Below are positions 1 to 11,565 of a stretch of DNA of 64,000 nt, piece by piece. The translations under genes and the position numbers were made by a program. Below the pieces are notes generated by a model. That model made no database searches, was not told where the DNA came from, and saw nothing but the letters and a program-made list of their open reading frames with translations. Source of the DNA: Mobula hypostoma (lineage: Eukaryota); NCBI RefSeq assembly GCF_963921235.1, contig NC_086097.1, forward strand, positions 178,686,001 through 178,750,000. Direction: 5' to 3'. The first letter of the stretch is position 1, and every line of letters starts with the position of its first letter.

Positions 1-436
1 GATTAGAGGATTTTGTTACTGAGTGGCATTTGACACAGCTGCTAAGTTCTGGCTTGGAATCTCCCGGCCTCAATTCCAGCTGGCATTTCCCCTCCTCAGA
101 CCCCCAGGGGCCCCTGTGTGAGGTCAAACCTACCGTGCAACGGGGCAGATCATTTTCTGGGAATCTGGGCAGGGTGCGTCCCCGGAGCCAACAATTCCCC
201 TGCTGGACTGACTCTGCACATGTGGAGTTAGGCTGGGATTCTGTTTTTCCACATTGTGTGCTTTTGTCGGTGGCTTCCCGATCATCCCAGGGCTGCAGGA
301 AATAACCCAGAGCAGTGACTCAACTCCCCAACGTTCTGAAGGCCAGGAATTCCAGCTTGCTCTCAAAACACAGTTCTACGGTTTCAGATGAGCAGTGATT
401 CCAGCCTTCGATCTCACAGCTCCAGCACTCGAAAGG

Positions 437-637
437 AACATGCACAAAATGCTGGAGGAGATTCGGCAAGTCAGGCAGCATCTATGGAGAGGGGTAGACA
501 GTTGATGTTTTGGAGCAAGACTCTCCATCAGGACTCCCCTCCCCTCCATAGATGCTGCCTTACTTGCTGAGTTCATCCGGCATTTTGTGTGCGTTCCTGA
601 AGATTTACAGCATCTGTAGAATCTCCTGTGTTTCTGA
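437..637. mobile_element. Penelope-like element (PLE) terminus, fold-back copy
   Basis: cacaaaatgctggaggag..ggcagcatctatggagagggg is followed by its reverse complement cccctccatagatgctgcc..gcattttgtgtg; the loop holds a decayed hammerhead motif. Confidence 0.75.
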
Positions 638-664
638 ATTCTAGCACTTTATATTTCACGAGGC

Positions 665-915
665 CATAAGACATAGGAGCAGAATTGGGCCATTCAGCTG
701 ATCAAGTATGCTTCACCTTTCAATTATGGCTGTTTTTTCCTCTTCTCTCAACCCCACTCCTCCACCTTCACCCCTTAACCCCAACCACCCCACCAGTCAA
801 AAACCTATCAATCTCTGCCTCAAATAGCGACAGAGTCAGAGTCGTACATCACAGAGAGAGGTCCTTCGGCTCAACTGGTCCATAGAGACCAAGGCGTCTA
901 TCTAAGCTAGTCCCA
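665..915 (-). mobile_element. Two CR1 (HER1-like) 3' end fragments
   Basis: ccataagacataggagcagaattgggccattcagc and agagtc..ccttcggctcaactggtcca tails match the other CR1 3' ends in the window. Confidence 0.6.
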
Positions 916-924
916 CTATCCCTC

Positions 925-1107
925 CATCATCAGATTTCTGAACAGTCCATGAAGCCATGAACACTATCTCATTATTCTATTTTTTTGCACTATTTATCTA
1001 ATTTGTCATTTATAGTAATTTTATGTATTTGCTCTGTACGGCTACCACAAAACAAAAGAAAAATCATGTCATATTAGACAGTGATAATAAACCTGATTCT
1101 GATTCTG
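925..1107 (+). mobile_element. Rex1/Babar-type LINE 3' end nested in a CR1 tail
   Basis: catcagatttctgaac..aataaacc(tgattc)n tail; the CR1 host resumes at aaacctttctatccatg. Confidence 0.6.
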
Positions 1108-1370
1108 AAACCTTTCTATCCATGTACTTTTAAAAATGTTAATGTCTGGTACCTGCCTCATCCACCTCCTCTGGTATTATTTAAGAAGCACTTGGATAGG
1201 TACCTGGAGGAAACAATGCCATGGTAACAGGGGCTGGTTGGGCCGAAGGGCCTGTATTTGTGTTATACATTTTCCCAGTTCCAATGAAGGGTCACTGACA
1301 TTAAGTGTTCTTTTCTCTCCACTGATGCAGCTTGACTTTCTGAATGCTTCCACGTTGTTTTGTTGTTACA

Positions 1371-1472
1371 CAATACAGACAAAATGCTGGAGGAACTCAG
1401 CAGGCCAGGCAGCATCTATGGAAAAGAGTAAACAGTTGACATTTCAGACCAAGACCCTTCATCAGGACTGGA
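1371..1472 (-). mobile_element. PLE 3' terminus nested in an older + strand PLE terminus (about 1272-1520)
   Basis: aaaatgctggaggaactcagcaggccaggcagcatctatggaaaag..gacccttcatcaggac, same family as the other copies. Confidence 0.75.
1434..1468 (-). ncRNA. Minimal type I hammerhead ribozyme motif (PLE-associated); best preserved copy in the window
   Basis: Minus strand reads GUC-CUGAUGA-AGGGUCUUGGUCU-GAAA-U-GUC-AACU: intact CUGANGA and GAAA boxes, short stem II, GUC triplet, stem I (CA)GUC/AACU(G) with one mismatch. Confidence 0.65.
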
Positions 1473-1919
1473 GAATAAAGATCTCCTGTTTTGTTTTTAC
1501 CTCTGATTTCTGCCATCTGCACTATTTAGCATTTGGATTCCTCTGAACACAATTTTCCACATTAGAACATTGATTCCTTTATCCTACTCTCCTAGCACGG
1601 AACTGGGATTATCCACATCTGTTTTTATCATTGCTGTCTTTGGCTACCACCTCTATGATAGTAATCGTATGATTACTCACTGTGCCAATAAGTATATAGA
1701 GAGAAGAACCATGTTTCCTTATATCATGGAATAAGGCCTTTTGGCCCATCGAACCTACACTGGTTCACAGATCAATCCCAATCCCCAACAATTTCCCTGG
1801 TAGAAGTCAGCTGGTACGTTCCAGGCAAAATAGTCATAGTGAGTTCTGTCACTTAGTTTGGCACTGGTGGAAGGTTAGCTGATCTGGAGAATCTGGAACA
1901 GGCAAAGTAAATTGGGCAA

Positions 1920-2115
1920 CTTGTTATTACTTTGCCTTATTGTCTCCCTGCACTGTACTTTCTTTGTAACTAACGGTATATTCTGCATTCTGTTATTGTT
2001 TTCCTTTGTACTACCTCAGTGCACGGTTGTCATGAATTAATCTGTATGAACAGTAGGCTGGACATGTTCTTCAGTACATGTGACCATAATAAACCAATTT
2101 ATCATTTACCAATTT
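1920..2115 (+). mobile_element. Rex1/Babar-type 3' UTR fragment
   Basis: ctgcactgtactttctttgtaac..ttctgcattctgttattg..aataaaccaattt, similar to 17100-17290 and 25900-26085. Confidence 0.5.
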
Positions 2116-2409
2116 ATAGAACCATTTTCTTAAGCCACCTGTGTTAGGACAACCGTCTGAACCTGGGAATTTGTCTCATCAATTTCTTTTAAGCTGTCTT
2201 CAGTGCTGGTGTATCTTTTTGTCAATATAGGGACCAGAATTGTGACAGCACTCCAGGTGTGCCTTGCTACTGTTGATTAAGGAGAATATTGAGGCAGAAG
2301 AGAGAGGATATCATGGAACAACCAAGAGCAGATTCTATCTGTTTAGAGTTAAATGACAACAGGGGTGTGATTATACTATTGGGAACATTTTACAGGCCAC
2401 TGGCTACAA

Positions 2410-2655
2410 AAAGTGCAAAGTACAAATATATTTATTATCAAAGTACATATATATCACCATGTACAACTCTGAGATTCATTTTCTTGTGGACATACTCAGT
2501 AAATCCAAGAAACGCAATCGAGTCAATGAAAGACGGCACCCAACAACCAGTGTGCAAAGGACAACAAACTGCAGATACGAAAGGGAAAAAGTAATAATAA
2601 ATAAATATCGAGAACATGAGATGAAGAGACCTTGAAAGATGAAGAGTCCTTGTAA
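2410..2655 (-). mobile_element. Rex1/Babar-type 3' UTR/tail
   Basis: tttattatcaaagtacat..ctgagattcattttcttgtgg closely matches 27341-27600, which leads into a Rex1-type ORF. Confidence 0.65.
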
Positions 2656-3140
2656 ATCCTAGAAAGGATGTTGAAAGCAAATTGATAGGCAAGTTTCTCA
2701 GATGTGCAGAACCCTAGAGTATTGATCATGGGGGGATTTTAGCTCTCTGAGTATTGACCAATGTCACTGCATCAGAAGGGGCAAAGGATGAGAAGAGTTT
2801 CTGAAGTGTGGCCAATTTTCTTATCTTTCTGGCTCAGCAAGGAAGGCAGCATTGCTGGTCTTGGTTCTGGAAAATGAGGCAGAGTGGAAGATCATGTAAC
2901 AATAGGGAACATCTAGGAAACAGTGACCATGATATTATAAAGCTTAGAATAAAGATTAAAGTTTAAAGATCATAAAAATTAGCTTTATTTGTCACATGTA
3001 CACCGAAACATTGAAACATACAGTGAAGTGCGTTGTTTGAGTCAGTGACCTGAGTAAGTTGGATTCAGAGCTTATTAGGGGAAACTTTAATTGAACAATG
3101 GGAAGCTTTCAATGTGGAGATGTTTTAGATGCAGTGGAGG

Positions 3141-3372
3141 TATGAGAGACTGCAGATGCTGGCATCCTGGAGCAACAAACAATCTGTAGGAGAAACTCAG
3201 TGGCTCAAGCAGCCTCTGTGTTTGGAAAGAATTTGAAATGTCCTGATGCAGGATTTCAACCAGAAACAACAACAGTTCATCCCTGCACCCAGAGGTGCCG
3301 CTTGGCCCTCTGAGTTCCTCCAGCAGATTATTTGTTGCTACCATCCAGCAGATTGTTTGTTGCTACCATCTA
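3141..3372. mobile_element. Older PLE fold-back copy
   Basis: gcaacaaacaatctgtaggagaaactcag pairs with ctgagttcctccagcagattatttgttgc; cctgatgcagg..gaaac in the loop; about 25-bp tandem duplication at the right end. Confidence 0.6.
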
Positions 3373-3901
3373 GGGAGCAGGGTCAGGAGATGTTAGCCCC
3401 ATCATTCTGGAAGAACCTAAAGATAAAATAGAGCAGGAAACTTGAGGATATGACAAGTTGCAAGCTGTTACTATCACTGAGCAGAAGATTCTGACAGCAG
3501 GCTCTGAGGGTAAGACAAAAAGGAAATAACAGGAACAATGTGAGAACAAAAGGAAAGGTTGGCTGCAAATTTATGAAGGAATCCAAAAATATGAACAGGA
3601 AGAGGGAAAGTAGGAGCTCAAAGATCAGAAGGGAAACTTACTCACAGAAGGAGACAAGAAGAGGGAGGCCCTAAGTGGGTGCCTCAGTCTTCACTCAGGG
3701 AGGTGGTGCTGCTGGAGTTTTATAAAGGAGGATTTGATCAAAGTTCTGAATGGATTAAAAATGGATCATGTAAGTTTGGAATTAGAATTGGTTCATTATG
3801 GTAACATGTACCAAGGTGCAGTGAAAAGCTTGTCTTGCATACTGTTCATTTAGATCAGATTAATACACAGTGCGTTGAGGTAGTACAAGAAGAGATAATA
3901 T

Positions 3902-4943
3902 CATAGGAACATAGAAACATAGAAAACCTACAGCACAATACAGGCCCTTCGGCCCGCAAAGTTGTGCCGAACATGTCCTTACCTTAGAAATTACTAGGCT
4001 TACCTATAGCCCTCTGTTTTCCTAAGCTCCATGTACCTATCCAAAAGTCTCTTAAAAGACCTTATCGTATCCGCCTCCACCACCGTTGCCGGCAGCCCAT
4101 TCCATGCACTTACTACACTCTGAGTAAAAAACTTACCCCTGACATCTCCTCTGTACCTACTCCCCAGCACCTTAAACCTGTGTCCTCTTGTGCATTTCAG
4201 CCATGGGAAAAAGCCTCTGACTATCCACACGATCAATGCCTCTCGTTATCTTGTACACCTCTATCAGGTCACCTCTCATCCTCCGTCGCTCCAAGGAGAA
4301 AAGGCCGAGTTCACTCAACCTGCTTTCATAAGGCATGCTCCCCAATCCAGGCAACATCCTTGTAAATCTCCTCTGCACCCTTTCAATGGCTTCCACATCC
4401 TTCCTGTAGTGAGGTGACCAGAACTGAGCACAGTACTCCAAGTGGGGTCTGACCAGGGTTCTATATAGCTGCAACATTACCTCTTGGCTCCTAAACTCAA
4501 TCCCATGGTTGATGAAGGCCAATACACTATATGCCTTCTTTACCACAGAGTCAACCTGCGCAGCTGCTTTGAGAGTCCTGTGGACTCGGACCCCAAGATC
4601 CCTCCGATCCTCCACACTGCCAAGAGTCTTACCATTAATACTATATTCTGCCATCACATTTGACCTACCAAAATGAACCACTTCACACTTATATGGGTTG
4701 AACTCCATCTGCCACTCTCAGCCCAGATTTGCATCCTATCAATGTCCCACTGTAACCTCTGACAGCCCTCCACACTATCCACAACACACCCAACTGTGTC
4801 ATCAGCCAACTTACTAACCCATCCCTCCACTTCCTCATCCAGATCATTTATAAAAATCACGAAGAGTAAGGGTCCCAGAACAGATCCCTGAGGTACTCCA
4901 CTGGTGGCCGACCTCCATGCAGAATATGACCCATCTGCAACCA
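3902..4943 (-). mobile_element. Young 5'-truncated CR1 (HER1-like) LINE
   Basis: [48 protein letters not shown] motifs; (catagaaa)n tail at 3902-3925. Confidence 0.92.
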
Positions 4944-5018
4944 ATTTTGAATATTTTAACAGTTGCAGAGTAAGTGAAGTACAGGTAAACAATAAGGTGC
5001 TAGATTGTGAGGTCAAGA

Positions 5019-7221
5019 AGGCCAAATTGTCTGGAAGAAGGCCAAATTTGAAGAAATAAGAAAGGATCTAAAAAGCGTGGATTGGGACAGGTTGTTCTCT
5101 GACAAAGATGTGATCGGTAGGTGGGAAGCCTTCAAAGGAGAAATTTTGAGAGTGCAGAGTTTGTATGTTCCTGTCAGGATTAAAGGCAAAGTGAATAGGA
5201 ATAAGGAACCTTGGTTCTCAAGGGATATTGCAACTCTGATAAAGAAGAAGAGGGAGTTGTATGACATGTATAGGAAACAGGGAGTAAATAAGGTGCTTGA
5301 GGAGTATAAGAAGTGCAAGAAAATACTTAAGAAAGAAATCAGGAGGGCTAAAAGAAGATATGAGGTTGCCTTGGCAGTCAAAGTGAAGGATAATCCAAAG
5401 AGCTTTTACAGGTATATTAAGAGCAAAAGGATTGTAAGGGATAAAATTGGTCCTCTTGAAGATCAGAGTGGTCGGCTAAGTGCGGAACCAAAGGAAATGG
5501 GGAGATCTTAAATAGGTTTTTTGCATCTGTATTTACTAAGGAAACTGGCATGAAGTCTATGGAATTAAGGGAAACAAGTAGTGAGATCATGGAAACTGTA
5601 CAGATTGAAAAGGAGGAGGTGCTTGCTGTCTTGAAGAAAATTAAAGTGGATAAATCCCCGGGACCTGACAGGGTGTTCCCTCGGACCTTGAAGGAGACCA
5701 GTGTTGAAATTGCAGGGGCCCTGGCAGAAATATTTAAAATATCGCTGTCTACAGGTGAGGTGCCGGAGGATTGGAGAGTGGGAGGATTGGAGAGTGGCTC
5801 ATGTTGTTCCTTTGTTTAAAAAAGGATCGAAAAGTAATCCGGGAAATTATAGGCCGGTAAATTTAATGTCGGTAGTAGGTAAGTTATTGGAAGGAGTACT
5901 AAGAGGCAGAATCTACAAGCATTTGGATAGACAGGGACTTATTAGGGAGAGTCAACATGGCTTTGTGCGTGGTAGGTCATGTTTGACCAATCTATTGGAG
6001 ATTTTCGAGGAGGTTACCAGGAAAGTGGATGAAGGGAAGGCAGTGGATATTGTCTACATGGACTTCAGTAAGGCCTTTGACAAGGTCCCGCAATTCAGTC
6101 GCTAGGTATACCTGGAGAGGTGGTAAATTGGATTAGACATTGGCTCGATGGAAGAAGCCAAAGACTGGTAGTAGAGAATTGCTTCTCTGAGTGGAGGCCT
6201 GTGACTAGTGGTGTGCCGCAGGGATCAGTGCTGGGTCCATTGTTATTTGTCATCTATATCAATGATCTGGATGATAATGTGGTAAATTGGATCAGCAAAT
6301 TTGCTGATGATACAAAGATTGGAGGTGTAGTAGACAGTGAGGAAGGTTTTCAGAGCCTGCAGAGGGACTTGGATCAGCTGGAAAAATGGGCTGAAAAATG
6401 GCAGATGGAGTTTAATACAGACAAGTGTGAGGTATTGCACGTTGGAAGGACAAACCAAGGTAGAACATACAGGGTTAATGGTAAGGCACTGAGGAGTGCA
6501 GTACGACAGAGGGATCTGGGAATACAGATACAAAATTCCCTAAAAGTGGCGTCACAGGTAGATAGGGTTGTAAAGAGAGCTTTTGGAACATTGGTCTTTA
6601 TTAATCAAAGTATTGAGTGTAAGAGCTAGAATGTTATGATGAGGTTGTATAAGGCATTGGTGAGGCCGAATCTGGAGTATTGTGTTCAGTTTTGGTCACC
6701 AAATTATAGGAAGGATATAAATAAGGTTGAAAGAGTGCAGAGAAGGTTTACAAGGATGTTGCCGGGACTTGAGAAACTCAGTTACAGGGAAAGGTTGAAT
6801 AGGTTAGGACTTTATTCCCTGGAGCGTGGAAGAATGAGGGGAGATTTGATAGAGGTATATAAAATTATGATGAGTATAGATAGAGTGAATGCAAGCAGGC
6901 TTTTTCCACTGAGGCAAGGGGAGAAAAAAACCAGAGGACATGGGTTAAGGGTGGGGGGGGAAAAGTTTAAAGGGAACATTAGGGGGGTCTTCTTCACACA
7001 GAGAGTGGTGGGAGTATGGAATGAGCTGCCAGACGAGGTGGTAAATGCGGGTTCTTTTTTAACATTTAAGAATAAATTGGACAGATACATGGATGGGAGG
7101 TGTATGGAGGGATATGGTCCGTGTGCAGGTCAGTGGGACTAGGCAGAAAATGGTTCGGCACATCCAAGAAGGGCCAAAGGGCCTGTTTCTGTGCTGTAGT
7201 TTCTATGGTTCTATGGTTTCT
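5019..7221 (+). mobile_element. Young 5'-truncated CR1 LINE, disrupted ORF2 (linker + RT)
   Basis: [45 protein letters not shown] motifs; (ttctatgg)n tail; aaga repeated at 5015-5018 and 7222-7225; frameshifts and TAG at 6627-6629. Confidence 0.95.
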
Positions 7222-7425
7222 AAGAGTCCAACTTTTTGTACCGGGAATTATTTAACCGTCTCATAACAGTGGGGTAGGAGTTGTCCTTGAGCCTGGTGGT
7301 TGGTGCATTCAGGTTTAGTATCTTCTGCCCAGTGGAAGGTGAGAGAAGAGAGGATGTCTGGGGTGGGCGGAGTTTTTGATTATTCTGGCTGCTTCACTGT
7401 GGCAAGGAAGTCCATGGACAGGGTT

Positions 7426-8484
7426 CATAGAACATAGAACAGTACAGCACAGTACAGGCCCTTCGGCCCACAATGTTGTGCCGACCCTCAAACCCTGCCT
7501 CCCATATAACCTCCCACGTTAAATTCCTCCATATACCTGTCAAGTAGTCTCTTAAACTTCACTAGTGTGTCTGCCTCCATCACTGACTGAGGCAGTGCAT
7601 TCCACGCACCAACCACTCTCTGAGTAAAAAACCTTCCTCTAATATCCCCCTTGAACTTCCCACCCCTTACCTTAAAGCCATGTCCTCTTGTATTGAGCAG
7701 TGGTGCCCTGGGGAAGAGGCGCTGGCTATCCACTCTATCTATTCCTCTTAATATCTTGTATACCTCTATCATGTCTCCTCTCATCCTCCGTCTCTCCAAA
7801 GAGTAAAGCCCTAGCTCCCTTAATCTCTGATCATAATGCATACTCTCTAAACCAGGCAGCCATAATCTCTAAATCTCCTCTGTACCCTTTCCAATGCTTC
7901 CACATCCTTCCTATAGTGAGGCTACCAGAACTGGACACAGTACTCCAAGTGTGGCCTAACCAGAGTTTTATAGAGCTGCATCATTACCTCACGACTCTTA
8001 AACTCTATCCCTCGACTTATGAAAGCTAACACCCCATAAGCTTTCTTAACTACCCTATCTCCTTGTGAGGCAACTTTCAGGGATCTGTGGGCATGTACCC
8101 TCAGATCCCTCTGCTCCTCCACACTACCAAGTATCCTGCTATTTACTTTGTACTCTGCCTTGGAGTTTGTCCTTCCAGAGCGTACCACCTCACACTTCTC
8201 CAGGTTGAACTCCATCTGCCATTTCTCAGCCCACTTCTGCATCCTGTCAATGTCTCTCTGCAATCTTTGACAATCCTCCACACTATCTACAACACCACCA
8301 ATCTTTGTGTCATCTGCAAAACACGAGGTCCCAGAACCGATCCTTGTGGGACACCACTAGTAACAACCCTCCAATCCGAATGTACTCCCTCCACCATAAC
8401 CCTCTGCCTTCTGCAGGCAAGCCAATTCTGAATCCACCAGGCCAGACTTCCCTGGATCTCATGCCTTCTGACTTTCTGAATAAC
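7426..8484 (-). mobile_element. Young 5'-truncated CR1 LINE
   Basis: KWQMEFN, RPHLEYCVQFW, RGDMIEVYKI, WNALP motifs; (catagaa)n tail. Confidence 0.92.
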
Positions 8485-9269
8485 TTTTCATGGAAGAAAC
8501 GTTGCTTTCTGTGATGTGCTGAGCTGTGTCCATGACTCTCTGCAGTTTCTTACATTAGTAGTTTCTTGAATTAGTAGAGAATCCGACCACAATTGACGTG
8601 GGTAAATCACCTGGACTATATGGGATACATCCCAGGTTACTGAGGCTCTGGCCCTTATCTTCCAGACATTGATAGGTTTGGGATAGTATGTGGAAAGTGG
8701 AAACATGTGGATGTTACAAAGAAACACCTTGTCCAAAGTAACCCAGTAACTACAGATTGTTCAGCTGAATCTGGGCAATGAAGAATGTCTGAGAAACAAT
8801 AACCAGGGACAGAATTAGCAGTTAATTGGACAAATGTGAATTAATTCAGGAAAGGTAGGATCGATTTGTTGAAGGTAAATCATGTATATTATTCTGACAG
8901 AGAATTTTTGGTGAAGCAACATAAAAGTCGATGAGGAAAATGAAGTTGAAGTAGTTCATAGGAACTTTCAAAAGGTCTTTAATAAGGTTACACACAATAG
9001 ACTCAAAACTGAAGCCCTTGGAATAACAGCAATGATAGGAACTTATCTGAATAACACAAACTACGAAGTAATAGCAGTTACTTTTGGAATGGCAGAAGTT
9101 CCCTCAGGATTGGTATGCAAACCCCACCACTTTTAAGGCTTGGCCTCAACTTTGCACATGCCTCAAAACTTGGGAATGAGTGAACTGTGAAGAGAAGGAA
9201 AGTAGTCTCTGGCAGATTGAGGGTGGTGGAATGGGTACTAGGTGGAATTTACTGATTTCAGAGAGTTGT

Positions 9270-9808
9270 GACAGATGTGCAGTACAGAGCATCCTAACAA
9301 GCTGCATTGCTGCATGGTATGGAAACTGCTCTGGGATGGACAGGAAGGCCAACACATCACTGGCACCAGCCTACCCTCCAACAAGGGCATAAATATAGAA
9401 AGGTGCCGGAAGAGGATCACTAACGTCATAAATGATCCTACTGACCCTGCTCATAGACTGCTTATCCCTCTCCCATCAGGGAGGGTGCTATGTAGCATCC
9501 ACACCAGGACCACCAGACTCAAAAACAGTTACTTTCCCCAAGCAGTAAAACTGATCAATACCTCCACCCCCAACCACCGTTACTTTATCATTTCCTGTCA
9601 GTCACCTTACATACACTCTTTTGCCAAGTGTCGCTTTTGTCTGTATATATAAGCTATCTTACGTATTTTTTTTTGTTGTTATTATTATTGTGTTCTTTAT
9701 CTGATTTTGTTTTCTGTGCTGCATCATATCTGGAGTAACAATTATTTTGTTCTCCTTTACACTTATGTACTGGAAATGACATTAAACAGTCTTAAACCTT
9801 GAATCTTG
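9270..9808 (+). mobile_element. Rex1/Babar-type LINE 3' fragment
   Basis: SILTSCIAAWYGNCSGMDRKA and LPSGR..RTTRLKNSYFPQAVKLIN; (ttgaatc)-type tail. Confidence 0.8.
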
Positions 9809-9809
9809 T

Positions 9810-10113
9810 GAGCACAGCCCAGTTCATCGCAAACAACAGCCTTACTTCCATGAGCTCTGTCTGCACTTCCCAATACACTTCCTAACGTATTGAAAGACCC
9901 CACCCACCCTGGACATCCCTATCTCCCCATCCTTCAGGCAGAAGGTACAAAAGTTTGAAAACACATACCACCAGGCTCAAGAACAACTTCTGTCCACCTG
10001 TAATAGGTCTATAGAATGGACCTCTTGTACGATAAAGATGGACTCCTGACCTCACCATCTATTTCATCATAGCCCTTGTACCTTATCGTCTGCACTTTCT
10101 CTGTGACTGTAAC
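9810..10113 (+). mobile_element. Rex1/Babar-type fragment
   Basis: aaagaccccacccaccctggac..accaccaggctcaagaacaacttctg (KDPTHPG..TTRLKNNF). Confidence 0.65.
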
Positions 10114-10285
10114 TATGAATGTAAGTAGCAGGAGCCGGCTGTTTAGCCGCTTGTGAATGCTCCACAATTCAGTTAATCTTCTACCAAAGCACTATTTTAC
10201 AACACCAATCACATCTTTCTTCATCCTCTTAATATCTGCAGACGGCTTTCTTTAAAACACACAGTGAGTGAGCCTCCACAGCTTG

Positions 10286-10695
10286 AGCAACACACATAAA
10301 ATGCTGGAGGAGCTCAGCAGGTCAGGCAGCATCTACGGAGGGCTGAGACCTTTCATCAGGACGGGGAGGGAGGGGGAAGAAGGTGGGGGAGTGGGAGGAG
10401 GACAAGCTGCAGTTTGTTGGTGAGAGCAGGTGAGGAGGAAGGTGAGCGGGTGGGGGAAGGGGTGATGAAGTAAGAAGCTGGGAGGTGACAGGTGGAAGAG
10501 GTAAGATGGAATCTGATAGCAGAGGACAGTGGATCATGGAAGAAGGGGAATGAGGAGGGGCACCAGAGGGAGGAGATGAGCAGGTGAGGAGAAGAGATGG
10601 GGTGAGAGGGCAACCAGAATGAAGAATAGAAAAAGAGAGAAGGGGGAAGGAGGAGAAATTAGAAGTTAGAGAAATCGATGTTCCTGCCATCTGGT
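10286..10695 (-). mobile_element. PLE 3' region (terminus plus purine-rich tract)
   Basis: aaaatgctggaggagctcagcagg terminus, partial hammerhead (gacctttcatcaggac) and a long purine tract homologous to 44520-44800. Confidence 0.75.
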
Positions 10696-11005
10696 ACAGA
10701 ACAGTTCAGACCCTTCAGCCAAACTTTAGTGTGCCGACCTTTTAACCTACTTCAAAGTCAATCTAACTCTTCCCTCCCAAATAGCCCTCCATTTTTCCTT
10801 CATCCATATTTCTCTCTGAGTCTTTTAAATGTTTTTCCTGTATCCGCCTCTGCCACCAACCTTGGCAACGAGTTCTATGCACCCACTACACTAAAATAAA
10901 CCTACCTATGACAACCCCCCCCATACTTTCCTTCAATCACCTTTAAATTACACCCTCTCATATTAGCCATTTCCACCCCGGGATAAAGGCGCTGGCTATC
11001 CATTC
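10696..11005 (-). mobile_element. CR1 3' fragment
   Basis: Similar to 3930-4230 (gcctctgccacc..gcacccactaca..ggctatcc). Confidence 0.7.
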
Positions 11006-11009
11006 ACCC

Positions 11010-11262
11010 CAGTTTATTTTCCCCACATTCTACCCCGAGATTCTACCACTATCTACACACTGGGGGGAGGGGGGTAACACAGTGGCCAATTACCCAGCTG
11101 ACCTGCCCACTTTTGGGATGTGGGAGAAAACTGGAGCACTCGGGGTGGTGGGGGGGGAGCCCACAGAGTAATATAGAGAACGTGAATCCTCCACACAGAC
11201 AGCAGCTGAGATCAGAACTGAACCTGAACCGTGAGGGAGCAACTTTACCAGCTTCCCCACCT
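11010..11262 (-). mobile_element. HE1-like V-SINE, decayed
   Basis: gggatgtgggagaaaactggagcac..gagaacgtgaatcctccacacagac is the reverse complement of the V-domain core. Confidence 0.65.
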
Positions 11263-11317
11263 CATGTCTCTCTAGCCCACAATGCCCCACCACCCACACA
11301 ACTCACACTTTCGGCTT

Positions 11318-11565
11318 CATACAGCATGGAAATTGGCTTTCGGCCCAACCGATCCATGTTGGCCTAGATAGCCCATCAAAGCCGATCCCTTTTGCCAGCA
11401 TTTTGCCCATAACACTCCAAAGCCTTCCCATCCATGTAACTATCCACCTGTCTTTTAAAAGTTGTTATTGTTCCTCTCTCATCCATTTCCCCTGGGAGCT
11501 CATTCCATAGAGACACCACCCTTGGTATAAAAAAGTTGCTCCACAAGTTCCTCTCAAATCTTTCC
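11318..11565 (-). mobile_element. CR1 3' fragment
   Basis: FF.PRVVSLWNELP..FKRQVDSYMDGK.LE.YG in ORF 11376-11567. Confidence 0.75.

Larger units (their letters stand above)
3775..8551 (-). mobile_element. Rex1/Babar-type LINE 3' fragment split into four pieces by three CR1 insertions
   Basis: Pieces at 3775-3900, 4957-5018, 7222-7425 and 8485-8551 are collinear with related copies such as 21200-21525 and the reverse complement of 16800-17290. Confidence 0.65.
2280..9140 (+). mobile_element. Ancient CR1 LINE ORF2 broken into pieces by later insertions
   Basis: Collinear decayed motifs: DSICLEL..LLGTFYRP (2330-2400), IMGDF and GNSDH-like (2720-2935), NPK/KDQKGN (3580-3640), KSPG..IHPR (8600-8640), GKSC and FQK..KV (8870-8995). 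Confidence 0.7.
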
